Positions 11,001 through 23,300 of a stretch of DNA of 64,000 nt are shown piece by piece. The notes below the pieces were generated by a model, which was not told the DNA's origin, did no database searches, and was given only the letters and a program-made list of their open reading frames with translations. The position numbers and the translations under genes are program-made. Position 1 is the stretch's first letter. The number at the start of each line of letters is the position of its first letter. The DNA is from Spirogloea muscicola (Eukaryota). The stretch covers positions 829,121 to 893,120 of the forward strand of contig WELB01000027.1 of NCBI GenBank assembly GCA_009602725.1. The letters are read 5' to 3'.

Positions 11001-14000
11001 AATAGCTGACATTCCACATTCGCCCTCTGGCCTGCACTAGGCATGTGACCGCCTGTGGTGAAACCAAAGCAATTCTTCGTGAAGTTGAGGAACACCCCCT
11101 TGGCTGTGATGTTGGGCTGCATGCCAGTAAGGTAATTTGAGGCCACACTGAGTGTCTTAAGAGCTGTGGAGTTTATCAGGGGGATGAGCGACATGGGGAA
11201 GCTGCCACTGAAGCGGTTGTCATCCAAGCGCCTGCAGCGATTGACACTCAGCATTGTGAGCAACTAATGTTGCTTGCTGTTACATGAATTGAGGGGTAAG
11301 CTCCCCCCAAGACTCCCCTGACACCATGGTACAGGAACGGCTGTTACAGAGGCATGAAGACCAAAGAGACATCGAGCAACAGCACTATCGTGACTCTGTT
11401 GGATTTGAAAGAGTCACCACTTACAATGAAGTCAATTTCTTGAGGCTTGTCCCAAGACTTGCTGGTATTGTTCCATTAATTTGTTGCCAATGAGTATCCT
11501 GCAATGAGACGCTCAGCCTGCTCAGTGGCCTGCTGAAACAGCACTTCTCAATGTCTAGCGTGGCCCCGCTTTGAACAACAAGGTTGACAAGCACTCGGCC
11601 AGACAGTCCCTAGCCACCAATGCCTGCAAGAGTGACACTTGACGGGGTCCAATATAGGGTGTGACCATACAGCAACTGCAGATTTGGGAGGCCAGTCACA
11701 TAAGAAGGAAACGGCTGCTCAGCCAGGTTGTTACGAGAGACGTCACTGCCATGTAAATGATGGCATGTGTCAGCTGTCTATAGGGATACTAGTGATATGT
11801 AGCAACAGGGCTCATGATTTGGTCAGGTGCATTGGCGTGACAGGGTAGAAGCACATGGTAGAAGTACATGGTGGCCTAAGCTTCCTATTGCACAGTCTGC
11901 CTGTGAGAGGATGGCAAAGTATAGATGTCCGAGCTTCCACTCCGAGCTGCCTTTGTGGGAGGTACATATAGTATAGGCGTGTACATGCTTCTTTCTGGAT
12001 GCAGTAGTTCTTGTCACAACAGGATTTCAAGGATCCGGGGTTTAAAGGTTTAGGGTTTAGCATTGATGGCATGCTTACAGGACGGTTACGAACTGGAGCT
12101 TGCCAATGGAACTCGACAACGCCGAAATAGCATTGCCACCCACAACACTGTGGAAGATGGAACAAGTGCCCACCATTGTCAAAGGCCACTCTGCAATCAG
12201 CAAACAGGTCTGCAACCAAGAACTTAGAGACGTTTGAGAGAAAGGGAGTTGCTCTGTACAGCTTCTGCAACGCTTTGAGTCGATCCAATGTGCTGGGCAG
12301 AGGTCCACTCAGCTTGTTATCATTGACAACACTGCAAAAACAGGCGCCAGTTGAGGATCGCGTTGAGGATCGCGACAACTCAAGCTAGGGGTTGCAAGCT
12401 ATTTCCGACCTGTGTGACCTGTGTAATCTGACAATGTCAAGAAGTACGGAGCAACACTAGCACATTCATGTATGCAGCCCTGCAGTATCCACCACATGCT
12501 TCACACAAGTGGCAGAGTAACGTGTTGGCAGGCTAGATATGATGCTTTCTAAGATTCTCAGTAGAATTGCATCTTCAGTAGACCCACTCACAATATCACG
12601 AGCTTCTCTAGTGCATTGATTGAAGATGGTATTTCCCCAGTCAGTAGATTGTAAGCAAGATGCCTGGAGCACGGTCCAGGAGTCGCAACAGTTTGGGCCA
12701 GTCAGTGAACCAAGTAAGGGAAGCAGTCTTCAACAGCATTGACCAGAAGATTTGTGAGGCACAATGCTCCATGGTCATCGGCCTCACCACAAACAAGTAA
12801 GTGAGGAGGAGGAGCGAAAGCCATGGAGGGAAAGTCATGGATGCAAGATTGTTATGTTCGTACGGGCACTCTCACAGGAGCAAAAGCCATTGATGCAGAT
12901 TGTATTGACCATACGAACTCTCTAATCTGGACAAATATCACTGCCTTGACAGCAAAAGAAGCTCATGCGAAATCTGCTTACAACAGTGTCAGATTCTTCA
13001 GGTTGCCAATGGAAGTGGGAATTGGCCCGTTCAGACTGTTGTTGTCCAAGTTCCTGAATGAGGGTCCAAGAAACGGCATTCAAATACGAGGATGCTACTG
13101 CGTAGAACACCAGTTGGCGCAGGATTTGTCACCCACTTTGCGATCACTAACGACAGTCATCATCACTTCCTCACTCAACACATGGAAACTCCCCTCTGTA
13201 TTCTCTATGTTCAGGAGTAATATGTCTCTTCATAAACAAGCTCTAAGACCATATGACTACGCAGATGCAGTCATTGTTGTGAGAACCCCTTGCCAGAGGT
13301 CAAGACAGGAGATATGCATACAGCAAATTGAGATTGTGAGGAAGTGATGGGATCTCTCCAACAAGCTGATTCCCGTAGAGGTGCCTGCAAACTTGATATG
13401 GTGACTCTTAGAAGGACCAAAGGCTACTCACAAGCCAAAAGCCTGGCAATGCAATGTCCCCCTGCCTCGATACTGTTGCATGAACAGCATGAAAGTTATT
13501 CTTAATCTAGCATGATGCACACGTGACACCCAGGTGACTGGAAAGGCCACCTTAGGGGACAGACTCTTCCAGTAGAGGGCGATGGCTGTACTTGGCCAGC
13601 CCAGAACAAGATGGAAGAAACGTCGAAAAGGGGCCAGAAGTGAGGACTTACAATGTGTTGAGGTATACGAGGTTCCCTATGTTGTATGGTATCGCTGCGT
13701 GAATGCCAAGGTTGATGAGTTGTCTGAACACACGCACTGCGTGTTTGTCACGTGCCAGTCTGCTGAGATAGCGAGTAAGAAAGCCTGTTGATCTTGGGAA
13801 GAGTGCAGGCTAGGGTGGTGACACTCACAATGCGGAGACCCTGTGAGAGGGGATGTCGCAGGTGATGCCATACCAGGCGCAGCTGCCCGGGGTGGTGGTG
13901 CAATTTGCACACGGGTCCGTTCCTTGCCAGGTTGCTAGCTGAGAAGGTGGATAGAGCTGCATCTGCTTGAAATCTCGAAGAGGAGCATCTGGCACAGATG

Positions 14001-14917
14001 GTCAACCAGTGCATGTTGAGAATTCTGCAAAGTGTCAGATGCTGAGGTGATCTCTAGTGACTTGACTCGTCTGCTACGACAAGATCAACTTCACCTGCAC
14101 TGCATTGGACCATTGGAGAATTTGACGCGACTCTTCTTGACGACTGGAATCAAGGACCTGCATTGTAGATGTTTGCACGCAACACGAGCTTGCTGAAACG
14201 CTGGTTCGTCAGACAGCCACTCCGTCTCATGAGCACAACTGTGATCACAACACTGTCAAAACGGTTAGCCTGGCAGCAAGAAGCTTACAATCTGGGCTGG
14301 TTGTCTGGAGCAACTTCCTTGATGGGCCCCCACTTCCAGATGAGACCTGTGCCAGAGGCACCACCTGGTGCCACACTCAATGCACGATACATGGTGCAGC
14401 CAGAAGCTGCTGCTGTGCTTCTCACCCAAAGGCGTGGATTTTGCGGCTGCGGTGCCAGCAGCACAGTGTCCTAGTAGCAGCAGGCGTGTCACGCTCGCGA
14501 CATCGGCCAAGTAGCAGTGTTACAAGTGTCTCCTGAGCTCAGTGGACAGACTCCGCGTGATACTGCGATGACCACCCTTGCGCCTCACTAGTCACGCACG
14601 ACGGAGAGCAACGCCACGGTGGCATCCTCACGACTTAGAACGCTCGGGTGCACTACAGAGAAGAGAGCGACTGCTTGGGCGGGGGGGAGGTGTAGAGCTG
14701 CTCACATCGTCAAGGGAGGTGGCAGGCTGCTGCAGGGCTGCCGCCACGGTCGCTGCAGGTGGAGATGAGGGAGAGTCGTCAGACGGAGGCGTGCCGTGGA
14801 GGCGGGGGCTCTCCTGGCCAGCATGTCCAAGGGGAGGCCGACGATGCGCAGGGAGCGTGGGGGCTCACCGGCGGCCAGCAGCAGCGCCAGCGCCAGCGGG
14901 CCGGGCGCCGCCGCCAT
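8037..14917 (-). pseudogene. Secreted LRR protein with proline linker and C-terminal cysteine-rich repeats, left copy, frameshifted
   Basis: Signal exon MAAAPGPLALALLLAA. LRRNT exon (LATWQGTDPCANCTTTPGSCAWYGITCD). ~72-bp plant-type LRR exons (NLDNNSLNGPIPTSIGNLKNLTLL, HLAYNLLTGEIPSSINALEKLVIL). PPPPSPPPP linker, then Cys-rich exons. Single-base frameshifts relative to the paralog at ~11478, ~10830 and ~8320. Confidence 0.8.
13554..13642 (-). mobile_element. ~90-bp retroposed 3' terminus of a CRE-like element inside an LRR intron
   Basis: Absent from the equivalent intron of the duplicate (~21820-21840, GTAAGTCCACAAGGTGG). Carries TTCTGGGCTGGCC..CAGCCATCGCCCTCTACTGGAAGAG. Confidence 0.8.
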
Positions 14918-14974
14918 GGCGCCGGGGAGGGGCGGCGGCGGAGGAGGTGCGCCTGGGGGGAGGGGGTGGACGAG

Positions 14975-15217
14975 GAGGAAGAAAGTGCTCGCCCGTTGAG
15001 GATAAGGGCTGGAAAGGCAGCCCAGAAGAGAGAGAGAAGGCGCGCGGGGCGCATGAATTGAAAGGGAGGCCAATTCAAGCCAATACATTGTTCAGGCAGA
15101 GTCGAGTGCAGACTAAACAATGCTACATAATACGGAGACCTAATCTAAGGTACCTAAGATGACATTAGTACCCACGGGTGAGCACAAACAAATCTGACAA
15201 GCTAACTTGGGGAGCTG
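14975..15217 (-). mobile_element. CRE-like family D 3' end fused to a family B terminal hairpin
   Basis: APQVSLSDLFVLTRGY*. The UTR is near-identical to 16858-17042 and 52899-53064. It continues into GGGCTGCCTTTCCAGCCC..GGGCGAGCACTTTC. Confidence 0.9.
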
Positions 15218-15869
15218 NNNNNNNNNNNNNNNNNNNNNNNNNNNNNNNNNNNNNNNNNNNNNNNNNNNNNNNNNNNNNNNNNNNNNNNNNNNNNNNNNNN
15301 NNNNNNNNNNNNNNNNNNNNNNNNNNNNNNNNNNNNNNNNNNNNNNNNNNNNNNNNNNNNNNNNNNNNNNNNNNNNNNNNNNNNNNNNNNNNNNNNNNNN
15401 NNNNNNNNNNNNNNNNNNNNNNNNNNNNNNNNNNNNNNNNNNNNNNNNNNNNNNNNNNNNNNNNNNNNNNNNNNNNNNNNNNNNNNNNNNNNNNNNNNNN
15501 NNNNNNNNNNNNNNNNNNNNNNNNNNNNNNNNNNNNNNNNNNNNNNNNNNNNNNNNNNNNNNNNNNNNNNNNNNNNNNNNNNNNNNNNNNNNNNNNNNNN
15601 NNNNNNNNNNNNNNNNNNNNNNNNNNNNNNNNNNNNNNNNNNNNNNNNNNNNNNNNNNNNNNNNNNNNNNNNNNNNNNNNNNNNNNNNNNNNNNNNNNNN
15701 NNNNNNNNNNNNNNNNNNNNNNNNNNNNNNNNNNNNNNNNNNNNNNNNNNNNNNNNNNNNNNNNNNNNNNNNNNNNNNNNNNNNNNNNNNNNNNNNNNNN
15801 NNNNNNNNNNNNNNNNNNNNNNNNNNNNNNNNNNNNNNNNNNNNNNNNNNNNNNNNNNNNNNNNNNNNN
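15218..15869. other. Assembly gap
   Basis: Run of N. Confidence 1.
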
Positions 15870-16325
15870 CCATGTGTGTCGATGGCCAACGGGAAGAACT
15901 CGTCTTCCCGCGGATGATCCGCGTACTTCAGCTCTTTGGCCCGAGCAGCGCAGGCGACCGCATACCCAGCCGTGGTGGCACATTTGGCTGGGTGTGAGCG
16001 GTCATAGGCATCAGTAGTCACCACGTCCAGGAGAAGACGTGGCCCGCCGGCCTGTCGGGTGGCCACCAGGTCTACACGCCTGGCATGGAGACCGTCGGCC
16101 CTGTGCTGGATTGGCATGATTCCGGAGTGCTCTGCTGCCACGGAGAAACCAGCCTCCAACAGGATGCCATGCACTACGTCGCGGAGGCGGTCGTGGGCCG
16201 CTGTTCGCTCTCCGCCGTGGGAACAGCGCAGAACATGAGCAGCCAGCTCTCCAGGCTCGGTCCCGCGCTCGCCACACTCACATTGACGCACACCCTGGAG
16301 ACATGGCGGCAGTAGGCCCAGGAGT
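15870..16325 (-). mobile_element. CRE-like family B zinc knuckle plus restriction-like endonuclease fragment
   Basis: CECG..HVLRC (CCHC), RHD-like AHDRLRD, RRVDL..LLDVVT, KELKY, FFPLAIDT. Near-identical to 32635-32765 plus 33312-33630. Confidence 0.9.
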
Positions 16326-16734
16326 GAGAAAGGCGCGCGCGGTGCTCGTTTGCGACGGAGGTGGCCCAGTTCAAGCTGACATATCGGATGGGAGCTGGAC
16401 CCCGTCACCGGGGCTCTTGTCAGGCTCGAATTTGGCCTCCCTTTCTTTCTCCCCGAGTGGGCAGCCGGCACGGCACTGCCCCCGGGAAAGGAGAGATCGT
16501 GTATTAGAAAGAAATGTAGGCCAAATGGCCAGGTACAAAGGCAAGCACATCTAACAATCTACATAACCCCGGGCTGCCGGCCCGGGCGCCGCGCCGCGGC
16601 GGTCGCTGCCGGCCGCCCCTGCGCCCGCAGCGAGCGCCGCGTGGTTCGGCCCGGGCGTCCGGCCAGGGCGCCGCCCCGCCACCCGCCAGACCCCTCTCTG
16701 TCCGTGCGAAGCTTGGCCCTTTCCGAGTCACCAT

Positions 16735-17045
16735 TTCTTTCGGGCTGGCTTAACACAGCCCTTGCCCCCACTCGGAAAGCCACTTCTCTTCATTGGCTCT
16801 TCATCAACGTGCAGGGCGTGCTCTAAGTCAGGCCTCCGGCTTTCGTGGCGGCGCTCCAGCTCCCCAAGTTAGCTTGTCAGATTTGTTTGTGCTCACCCGT
16901 GGGTACTAATGTCATCTTAGGTACCTTAGATTAGGTCTCCGTGTTATGTAGCATTGTTTAGTCTGCACTCGACTCTGCCTGAACAATGTATTGGCTTGAA
17001 TTGGCCTCCCTTTCAATTCATGCGCCCCGCGCGCCTTCTCTCTTC
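16735..17045 (+). mobile_element. CRE-like family D 3' end preceded by a C2-type terminus
   Basis: LALHQRAGRALSQASGFRGGAPAPQVSLSDLFVLTRGY* plus UTR. Confidence 0.9.
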
Positions 17046-17059
17046 ACGGACTACAGAGA

Positions 17060-17850
17060 GAAAGCGCGGCCACATCAGCTCGGTGGCTGGGAGAGGCCAG
17101 CCCCAAAGGAATGCACAAGGTCTGAAGGAGCCGGAGTACAGCTATGCAGAGTGCGGTCGTGGATTCGGAGAACATCATCATGCCTATCACCACGGATGCC
17201 CAGGACGTCATCATCGCCGCACCCTTGACATTGGGGGCGTGCAACCTGGTGGAGGACCACGGGCCTTGATTGCTGTTGTTGTTACGCTGTTGGAAGCGCT
17301 GTTTCTTTCTGCTGTTACAGAGGCTTATTAAGGTCCAGCATCGAAGCACATCGCTGGCCACGCAGTGAACAGTGCAGAACACAGAAAGCTGCAGCATTAC
17401 TTCCACTACAGCCCCCGATGCGATCAGCTCCTGCCAGCTGTAGTAGAAATCTTTGGCTGTTTAGGTCCTCCTTTTTACACTCTCCTTTAGAATATTGCCA
17501 ATCTAGGCTATGCACGATGTGCATTTGTGCTTCCGGCTGAGATGGGCTTCCCAGCTGCATATCGGTCATCCTTGCGCCAACGAGTGTCGGCCTGTTTGCG
17601 GCGTGCTCAGGCACATGCTTTGCAACAGAAAGCTGGGCGAGCTCCAGTTGATGGCAGAAGGGCTTCGAATGCCATCTGATTTTCAGGCATCGATCAGTGA
17701 CCTTTATGTGTTGACCCGTGGTAAGTGAGCGAGTCAATTTGCAGTGAGTAATGTACGTCATTCGATGTGCTTGCCTTCGTACTTGGCTAGTTTGGCCTTC
17801 GTTTGTTTCAAATCCACCAGAATTCCCTTTTGGGCTGGCCTTCAACGGCC
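17060..17850. mobile_element. Family C terminus (minus, 17060-17135) and degenerate family A copy (plus, 17140-17800)
   Basis: RTLDIGGVQPGGGPRALIAVVVT and QASISDLYVLTRGK* on the plus strand. Confidence 0.75.
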
Positions 17851-18304
17851 TCTGGTGAGCTTCTTTCTAGCTCCCGAGAGAAGAGGCCGGTGGTGCGCAT
17901 TGACAAATGGGAGGCCACGCCGAGCCAATTTACTGCTCGTGCAGAGGCCAAAGGAAGTACAACGGATGGGGCTTAACATGGCGAAGCCCAAGGCTAAGAG
18001 GGGTTAAGAAAGTGGAGCGGAAGTACGGCTGGAGGGGAGCTTTGATACCATGAGTGAGCACGTTCAAGAGGGACGGGCTGGCTCCGGAAACCGGCGCGTG
18101 CCTCAGGTCGGGCCAGCACGCTGAGGAAGGCCCTGGGCTTGGGAGCACTGCAGGCTCAGCGTGAGCAACATCCTGTAGCATGCAACTAAAGTCCGCGGAA
18201 CGCTGGCGTGCCCCAAGCAGCCGGGGTAATACCCGCCCAACTTTGCCTTGGGTCCCTTGGTAGAGCCGTGCCGATGCGCGCCCCTTCAAGGGTGGCGAAC
18301 AGCT

Positions 18305-18834
18305 GCTCACGGACCCGTTTCTGTCGACCGCTTCCGCTTAGCAGGGCCATGTCACTTCTGATACCGCCTGTGCCGTGGAGGCGGCCGAGCAGGAGATGTA
18401 CCAGAAGCACAGGGACCACCCTGACCTCAATACAGTCCACCCGCTGGCCTTCGACATCCACGGGTGTTGAAGAGGTCCTCGCCACTGGTGCTGCTGGCAT
18501 CTCGAGCTGACTAGCGGCAATGCGAGCAGGGGGCAGCAATTCTTGGGCGCCGTGCGTGCTCCACCCTGCACCTGTGTCCTAGTCTCTCCAGCGATCCTAC
18601 TCGCTTGCCTTGAAACGCGTGCCATGTGTGCCCTTACAGCCTCTGTCCTTAGCAAAGGTCTCCGTTGTATTTGAATTGTTTTGCACTAGATTCTGCTTGA
18701 ACAATGTATTAGCTTGCATTGGCCTCCCTATACTTTCAGCGCTTCTTGCGCCTTTTCTCTCTCCATTCTGGCGCCGCGCGGTGTGCTGCAACGACTTAGC
18801 TCACCAGCTGCTATTGCTGACACGGGCTTACTGA
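18305..18834 (+). mobile_element. Old degenerate CRE-like endonuclease and UTR fragments
   Basis: AVEAAEQEMYQKHRDHPDLNTVHPLAFDIHGC. Family D-like UTR at 18640-18760. LLLLTRAY* ends at 18834. Confidence 0.65.
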
Positions 18835-19094
18835 GGGGGCCTGAGCCAAAGTCTGCGGCCGTTGACTTCATCGCGATGATATTCCCAAGTGCAAACTTGA
18901 AGCTTTGTAGCATGGCAAACCTCGCGGATGAAGAAGCTTGGCGTTGCCCGTGGGCAGTGGCTAACCGAAAGCCTTTCCTGTAGCAGGCGGCGAGTGGCGA
19001 GCGCGACGGGCGGGTGCTCAGACGTACGGGAGACGGCTGGGGGGGGTGCTAAGCTTGGCACGAGGGCGTGAAGGGGTGGAAGCGTGTGGAGAGA

Positions 19095-20275
19095 GTAGCT
19101 CTTCTAGTAGAGGGCAGTGGCTGTGAGAGGCCAGCCCAGAAAACAGAAAGGAGAAACTTGGAGCGGGCCAGAGAAAGCGCACAGTGACTCAAGTGGCCAT
19201 GAGGCTCTCAGTACCCCTGTTGAGCTGTTGAACTCAAAACACACTCCATTTTATGGTGAGCAGCCGCAGGTCAACGATACCGGTCTCCGGGTAGCGGGTC
19301 CCCTGGCACAAAAAAAAATTTCCTGGCTGGAGCCAGAGAGGACGCCGCCAATGCGCGACCGGCACGCAGATGCAACGCGCGTGGCATGGACGGCTGCAGC
19401 GAGACTGACAGAAAATGAGATGATGAAGAAGAAGCTGTTCACGAACCAAAAGAGGGGGGAGGGACGCTTCCAGCCTAGCATCTCCGACCTGCGGCTGCTT
19501 AGCAGAGGGTTACTGAGTGATTCTCCTGTAGCTCTTTGGATTTTGTCCATTCTTTTTTGGCTGGCTTCTGCCAGCCCCTCTCTTCTGTGGACGAGCTCAT
19601 TCCCTGCTATGGCAGCTGCTTCCGGGTCTCGGCAAAGTGCCGCTTCTCCTGCTCCGAGTTACTCTGGTCTGCTGTTGCTCACACGTGGATACTGAGCAGC
19701 CATCTGCATCTCGAACCTTTGTCAACTCTTTCGGGCTGGCTTTCCTTTTCTTCGGCTTTGGACATTGTCCATTCTTTTTAGGCTGGCGTTGCCAGCCCCT
19801 CTTTCTCGCATCTCCCTCTGCACCATCTTGCACTTTGTAGTGTAGTCCTTTTTCAGCACCTCTTTCTTTGGCTTTGAACATTGTCCATTCTTTTTGTGTT
19901 GGCTTTGCCAGCCCCTCTTCTCAATGGGCGAGCACCTTCTTTCTTCTCAATGGGCGAGCACCTTCTTCTTTCCAGTGCTCGCCCATTGACGATAGGGGCT
20001 GGATCCGGTAGAGGGCGGTGGCTGTGACGTGGCCAGGTCAGGAAAGGGGGGGCAGGAGGCAACCTAGCCGCGACAAGTAGACGGCGCGTGCGGGTTGGCC
20101 GGGCCGGCCGCCGGCACGTCGGCCGCCGGCGCCCGCGGCTCGCNGCGCCCCGCGCGCCTTTCTCTCGTGGCGGGCCCACGTCCAAGAAGGGAAGTGAGCT
20201 CGTCGTCAGGAAGCACGACTCTTCCAGCAGCGGGCGATGGCTGTGACCGTCTCCAGCCCAGGAACAAGAATGCCT
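19095..20275. mobile_element. Mosaic of CRE-like 3' ends in both orientations upstream of the right LRR copy
   Basis: PSISDLRLLSRG.. at ~19473-19517 and SYSGLLLLTRGY* ending 19695. Repeated TTGTCCATTC(T)nGGCTGGC..CCAGCCCC..GGGCGAGC units. Inverted termini at ~19975-20040 and 20219-20270. Confidence 0.85.
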
Positions 20276-20386
20276 TCTTAAGCAACCTCCTTCCTTGGAA
20301 CGTGAGCTCGTCCGAAAGGGGCCGGGGGCTGGTCCAGAGCCGCCACCTCCTCCCCGCCGCCCCGCCCACGCGCCCGCCCCGGCGCC

Positions 20387-23300
20387 ATGGCGGTCGCGCC
20401 CGCGGCGCTGGCGCTGCTGCTGGCCGCCGGTGAGGCCCCCCGCGCCCCCACGTTGATTCGCGCTCGCGCCCTGCTCTCCGCGTTTTACAGCCGATTTTTA
20501 AATATCAGAAGCCGCTTCCCCAGCGTGGGCTGTGGGCGTTGGGATTCAGCTTAGCACGCAGCACGCTTCATGTGCGTTCCCCGGGCCTTCCCGGGCATGC
20601 TGACCAGGAGGACCCTGGGACTTGGAAGCTCCACTGCAAGCCTCTACCTGACTCTCCCTCATCTCCCTCTGCAGCGACCGTGGCGGCAGCCCTGCAGCTG
20701 CCTGCCACCTCCAGTGAGGATGTGAGCAGCTCTAGACCCCTCCCCGCCCGAGCAGTCGTTCTCTTCTCGGAAATGCACCCAAGCGTCAAAGTCGTGAAGA
20801 TGCCACTGTGGCGTTGTTTGCCTCGCGCTTCATTAGTGAGGCACAAGGGTGGTCATCTTGGTTATCATGCGGAGTCTGCTCACTGAGCTCAGGAGCCGCT
20901 TGTGACAGAGCTACTTGGTACCGATGTTGCGCATGTGACACGCCTGCTGCAGCGAACCCTCTGTGCTGGCACAGCAGCCGCAAAAGACACGCCTTGGGTT
21001 AGAAGAACAGCAGCAAGCTTCTGGCTGCACCACCAGCATAGAGTCAATAATCTCCTTAACATCGTGCACTGAGTGTGGCACCAGGTGGTGCCTCTGGCAC
21101 AGGTTGCTGCTACTTCTGGAAGTGGGGGCCCGTCAAGGAAGTTGCTCCAGACAACGAGCCCAGATTGTAAGCTTCTTGCCGTCATTGAGAGGCTAACAGT
21201 GTTGTAAATACTCTATACAGCAGTGCACATATCTCGAAACGGCTGTCTGATGAACCAGCCTTTCAGCAAGCTCGTGTTGCATGCAAATACCTAAGATCTA
21301 AGGTCATTGGATCATACGTCAGGGAAAGTGAAGTCAGATTCTACAATGTTTCAGTGCTCTGGCGACATTGATCTTGTCATAGCAGACGAGTCAAGTGACT
21401 CGCATCACCTCACCTTTTGCCACTTTGCAAATTGCTCAGAATGCACTTGCTGACTATCTGTGCCAGATGCTCCTCTTCGAGATTTCAAGCAATCGCAGCT
21501 CAGTCCACCTTCTCAGCTAGCAACCTGGAAAGGGACAGACCCGTGTGCAAATTGCACCACCGCCCCAGGCAGCTGCGCCTGGTATGGCATCACCTGCGAC
21601 ATCCCCTCTCACAGGGTCTCCGCATTGTGAGTGTCACCACCCTAGCCTGGATACCTCCACAAGGATAACCGGCTTTCAAACTTGCTGCCTCAGCTTTTGT
21701 AATCAGCAGACCGGCAAGTGACACACACGTTGTTCATGTGTTCCAGACAACTCATCAACCTTGGCATCAATACAGTGATCCCATACAACATCGGGAACCT
21801 TGTATACCTCAATACGTTGTAAGTCCACAAGGTGGCCTTTCCAGTGGCCAGGGTGTCACGTGTTTATCATGCTGGATAGTGATGGAAATCAAGCTTCTTG
21901 CTGATCATGTAACATTGAAGAGGCAGGTGGACATTGTGATGCCAGGCCTTTGGCCTGTGAAAGTGTTTGGTACTTATTCAAGAGTCGCTGCTTCAAGTTT
22001 GCAGGCACCTATATGGCAATCAGCTCTTTGGACAGATCCCTACCAGCATAGGAAGCCTTCACAACCTCAGTCTGCTGTATGTACATATCCTTTGATAACC
22101 TCTCTGGCATGGGGATTTCACAACAATGACTGCATCTGCGTCAGGATGTGGTGCCGGAGCTTATGTGTAGAGAGACATATTACTCCTATGTTTTGGAGAG
22201 AATTTCAATGTGTTGTATGAGGAAGTGATGACTGTTGATAGTGAGCGAAAAGAAGGTGACAAACCTTGCGCCAATCGGTGTTCTAGGCGATAACATCCTC
22301 ATGATGGGAATTTTGTTCTTGAATCTCTCATTCAGGAACTTGGGCAACAACAGCCTGAATGGGCCAATTCCCACTTCCATTGGCAACCTGAAGAATCTGA
22401 CACTGTTGTAAGCAGATTTGGCATCAGGTTCTTGTGCTGTCAATGCAGTGATCTTTGTCCAGATTAGAGAGCTCTTCTGATCAGTGCAATCTGCATCCAT
22501 GGCTTTTTCTCCTGTGAGAGAGCTCATACGATGAATACAAATTTGCATCCATGACACTCCCTCCATGGCTTTACTCCTCCTCCTCCTCCTCTTTTTTGTT
22601 GTGAGCCGATGACCATGGAGCATTTGTGCCTCACAAGATTCGTCTGGTCAACATTGTTGAAGACTGATTGCCTTTATCTGGTTCACTGGCGGATTGTTGT
22701 GACATTCCCTCGAAAATGCTCCAGGCATCTTGCTTACAATCTACTGACTGGGAAATTCCATCTTCAATCAATGCACTAACAAAGCTTGCGATATTGTGAG
22801 TGATATTTTGAGAATGCTAACTCTGCAGAGTGCTTGAGAATCTTAGAAAGCATCACATCTAGCCCGCCAGATTGGAATCCTGTAGTTTGCCACTTGTGTA
22901 AAGACACTAGGGTTGCATTGTGTTCTAGTGTTGCTTCTTACTCATTATCCTTTTATGGATTGTCAGGTCTCACAGGTCACACAGGTTGGTGATAGCTTGC
23001 AATGCCTAAGTCGGGTTGTCAGGATCCTCAAGGACTTGCGCCTGTTTTTGCAGTATTGTCAATGATAACAAATTGAGTGGACCTCTGCCCAGCACATTGG
23101 ATCGACTCACGGGGTTGCAGAAGCTGTACGGAGCAACCCTTTCTCTCAAGCTTCTAAAGGTTCTTGGGTGCAGAGCTGTTAGCTGATTGCAGAGTGGCCA
23201 TTGACAATAGTCGGCACTTGTTCCATCTTCCTCAGTGTTGTGGGTGGCAATGCTATTTCGGCATTGTCAAGTTCCATCGGCAAGCTCCATGTCCTAACAG

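Noticed and set aside
12038..12060. GGGTTTAAAGGTTTAGGGTTTAG as an interstitial telomere
   Set aside because: Only about 3 degenerate units inside an intron.
15140..16471. Long ORFs of 220-440 aa in the ORF track
   Set aside because: They are inflated by translation through N. Only the retroelement portion is real.
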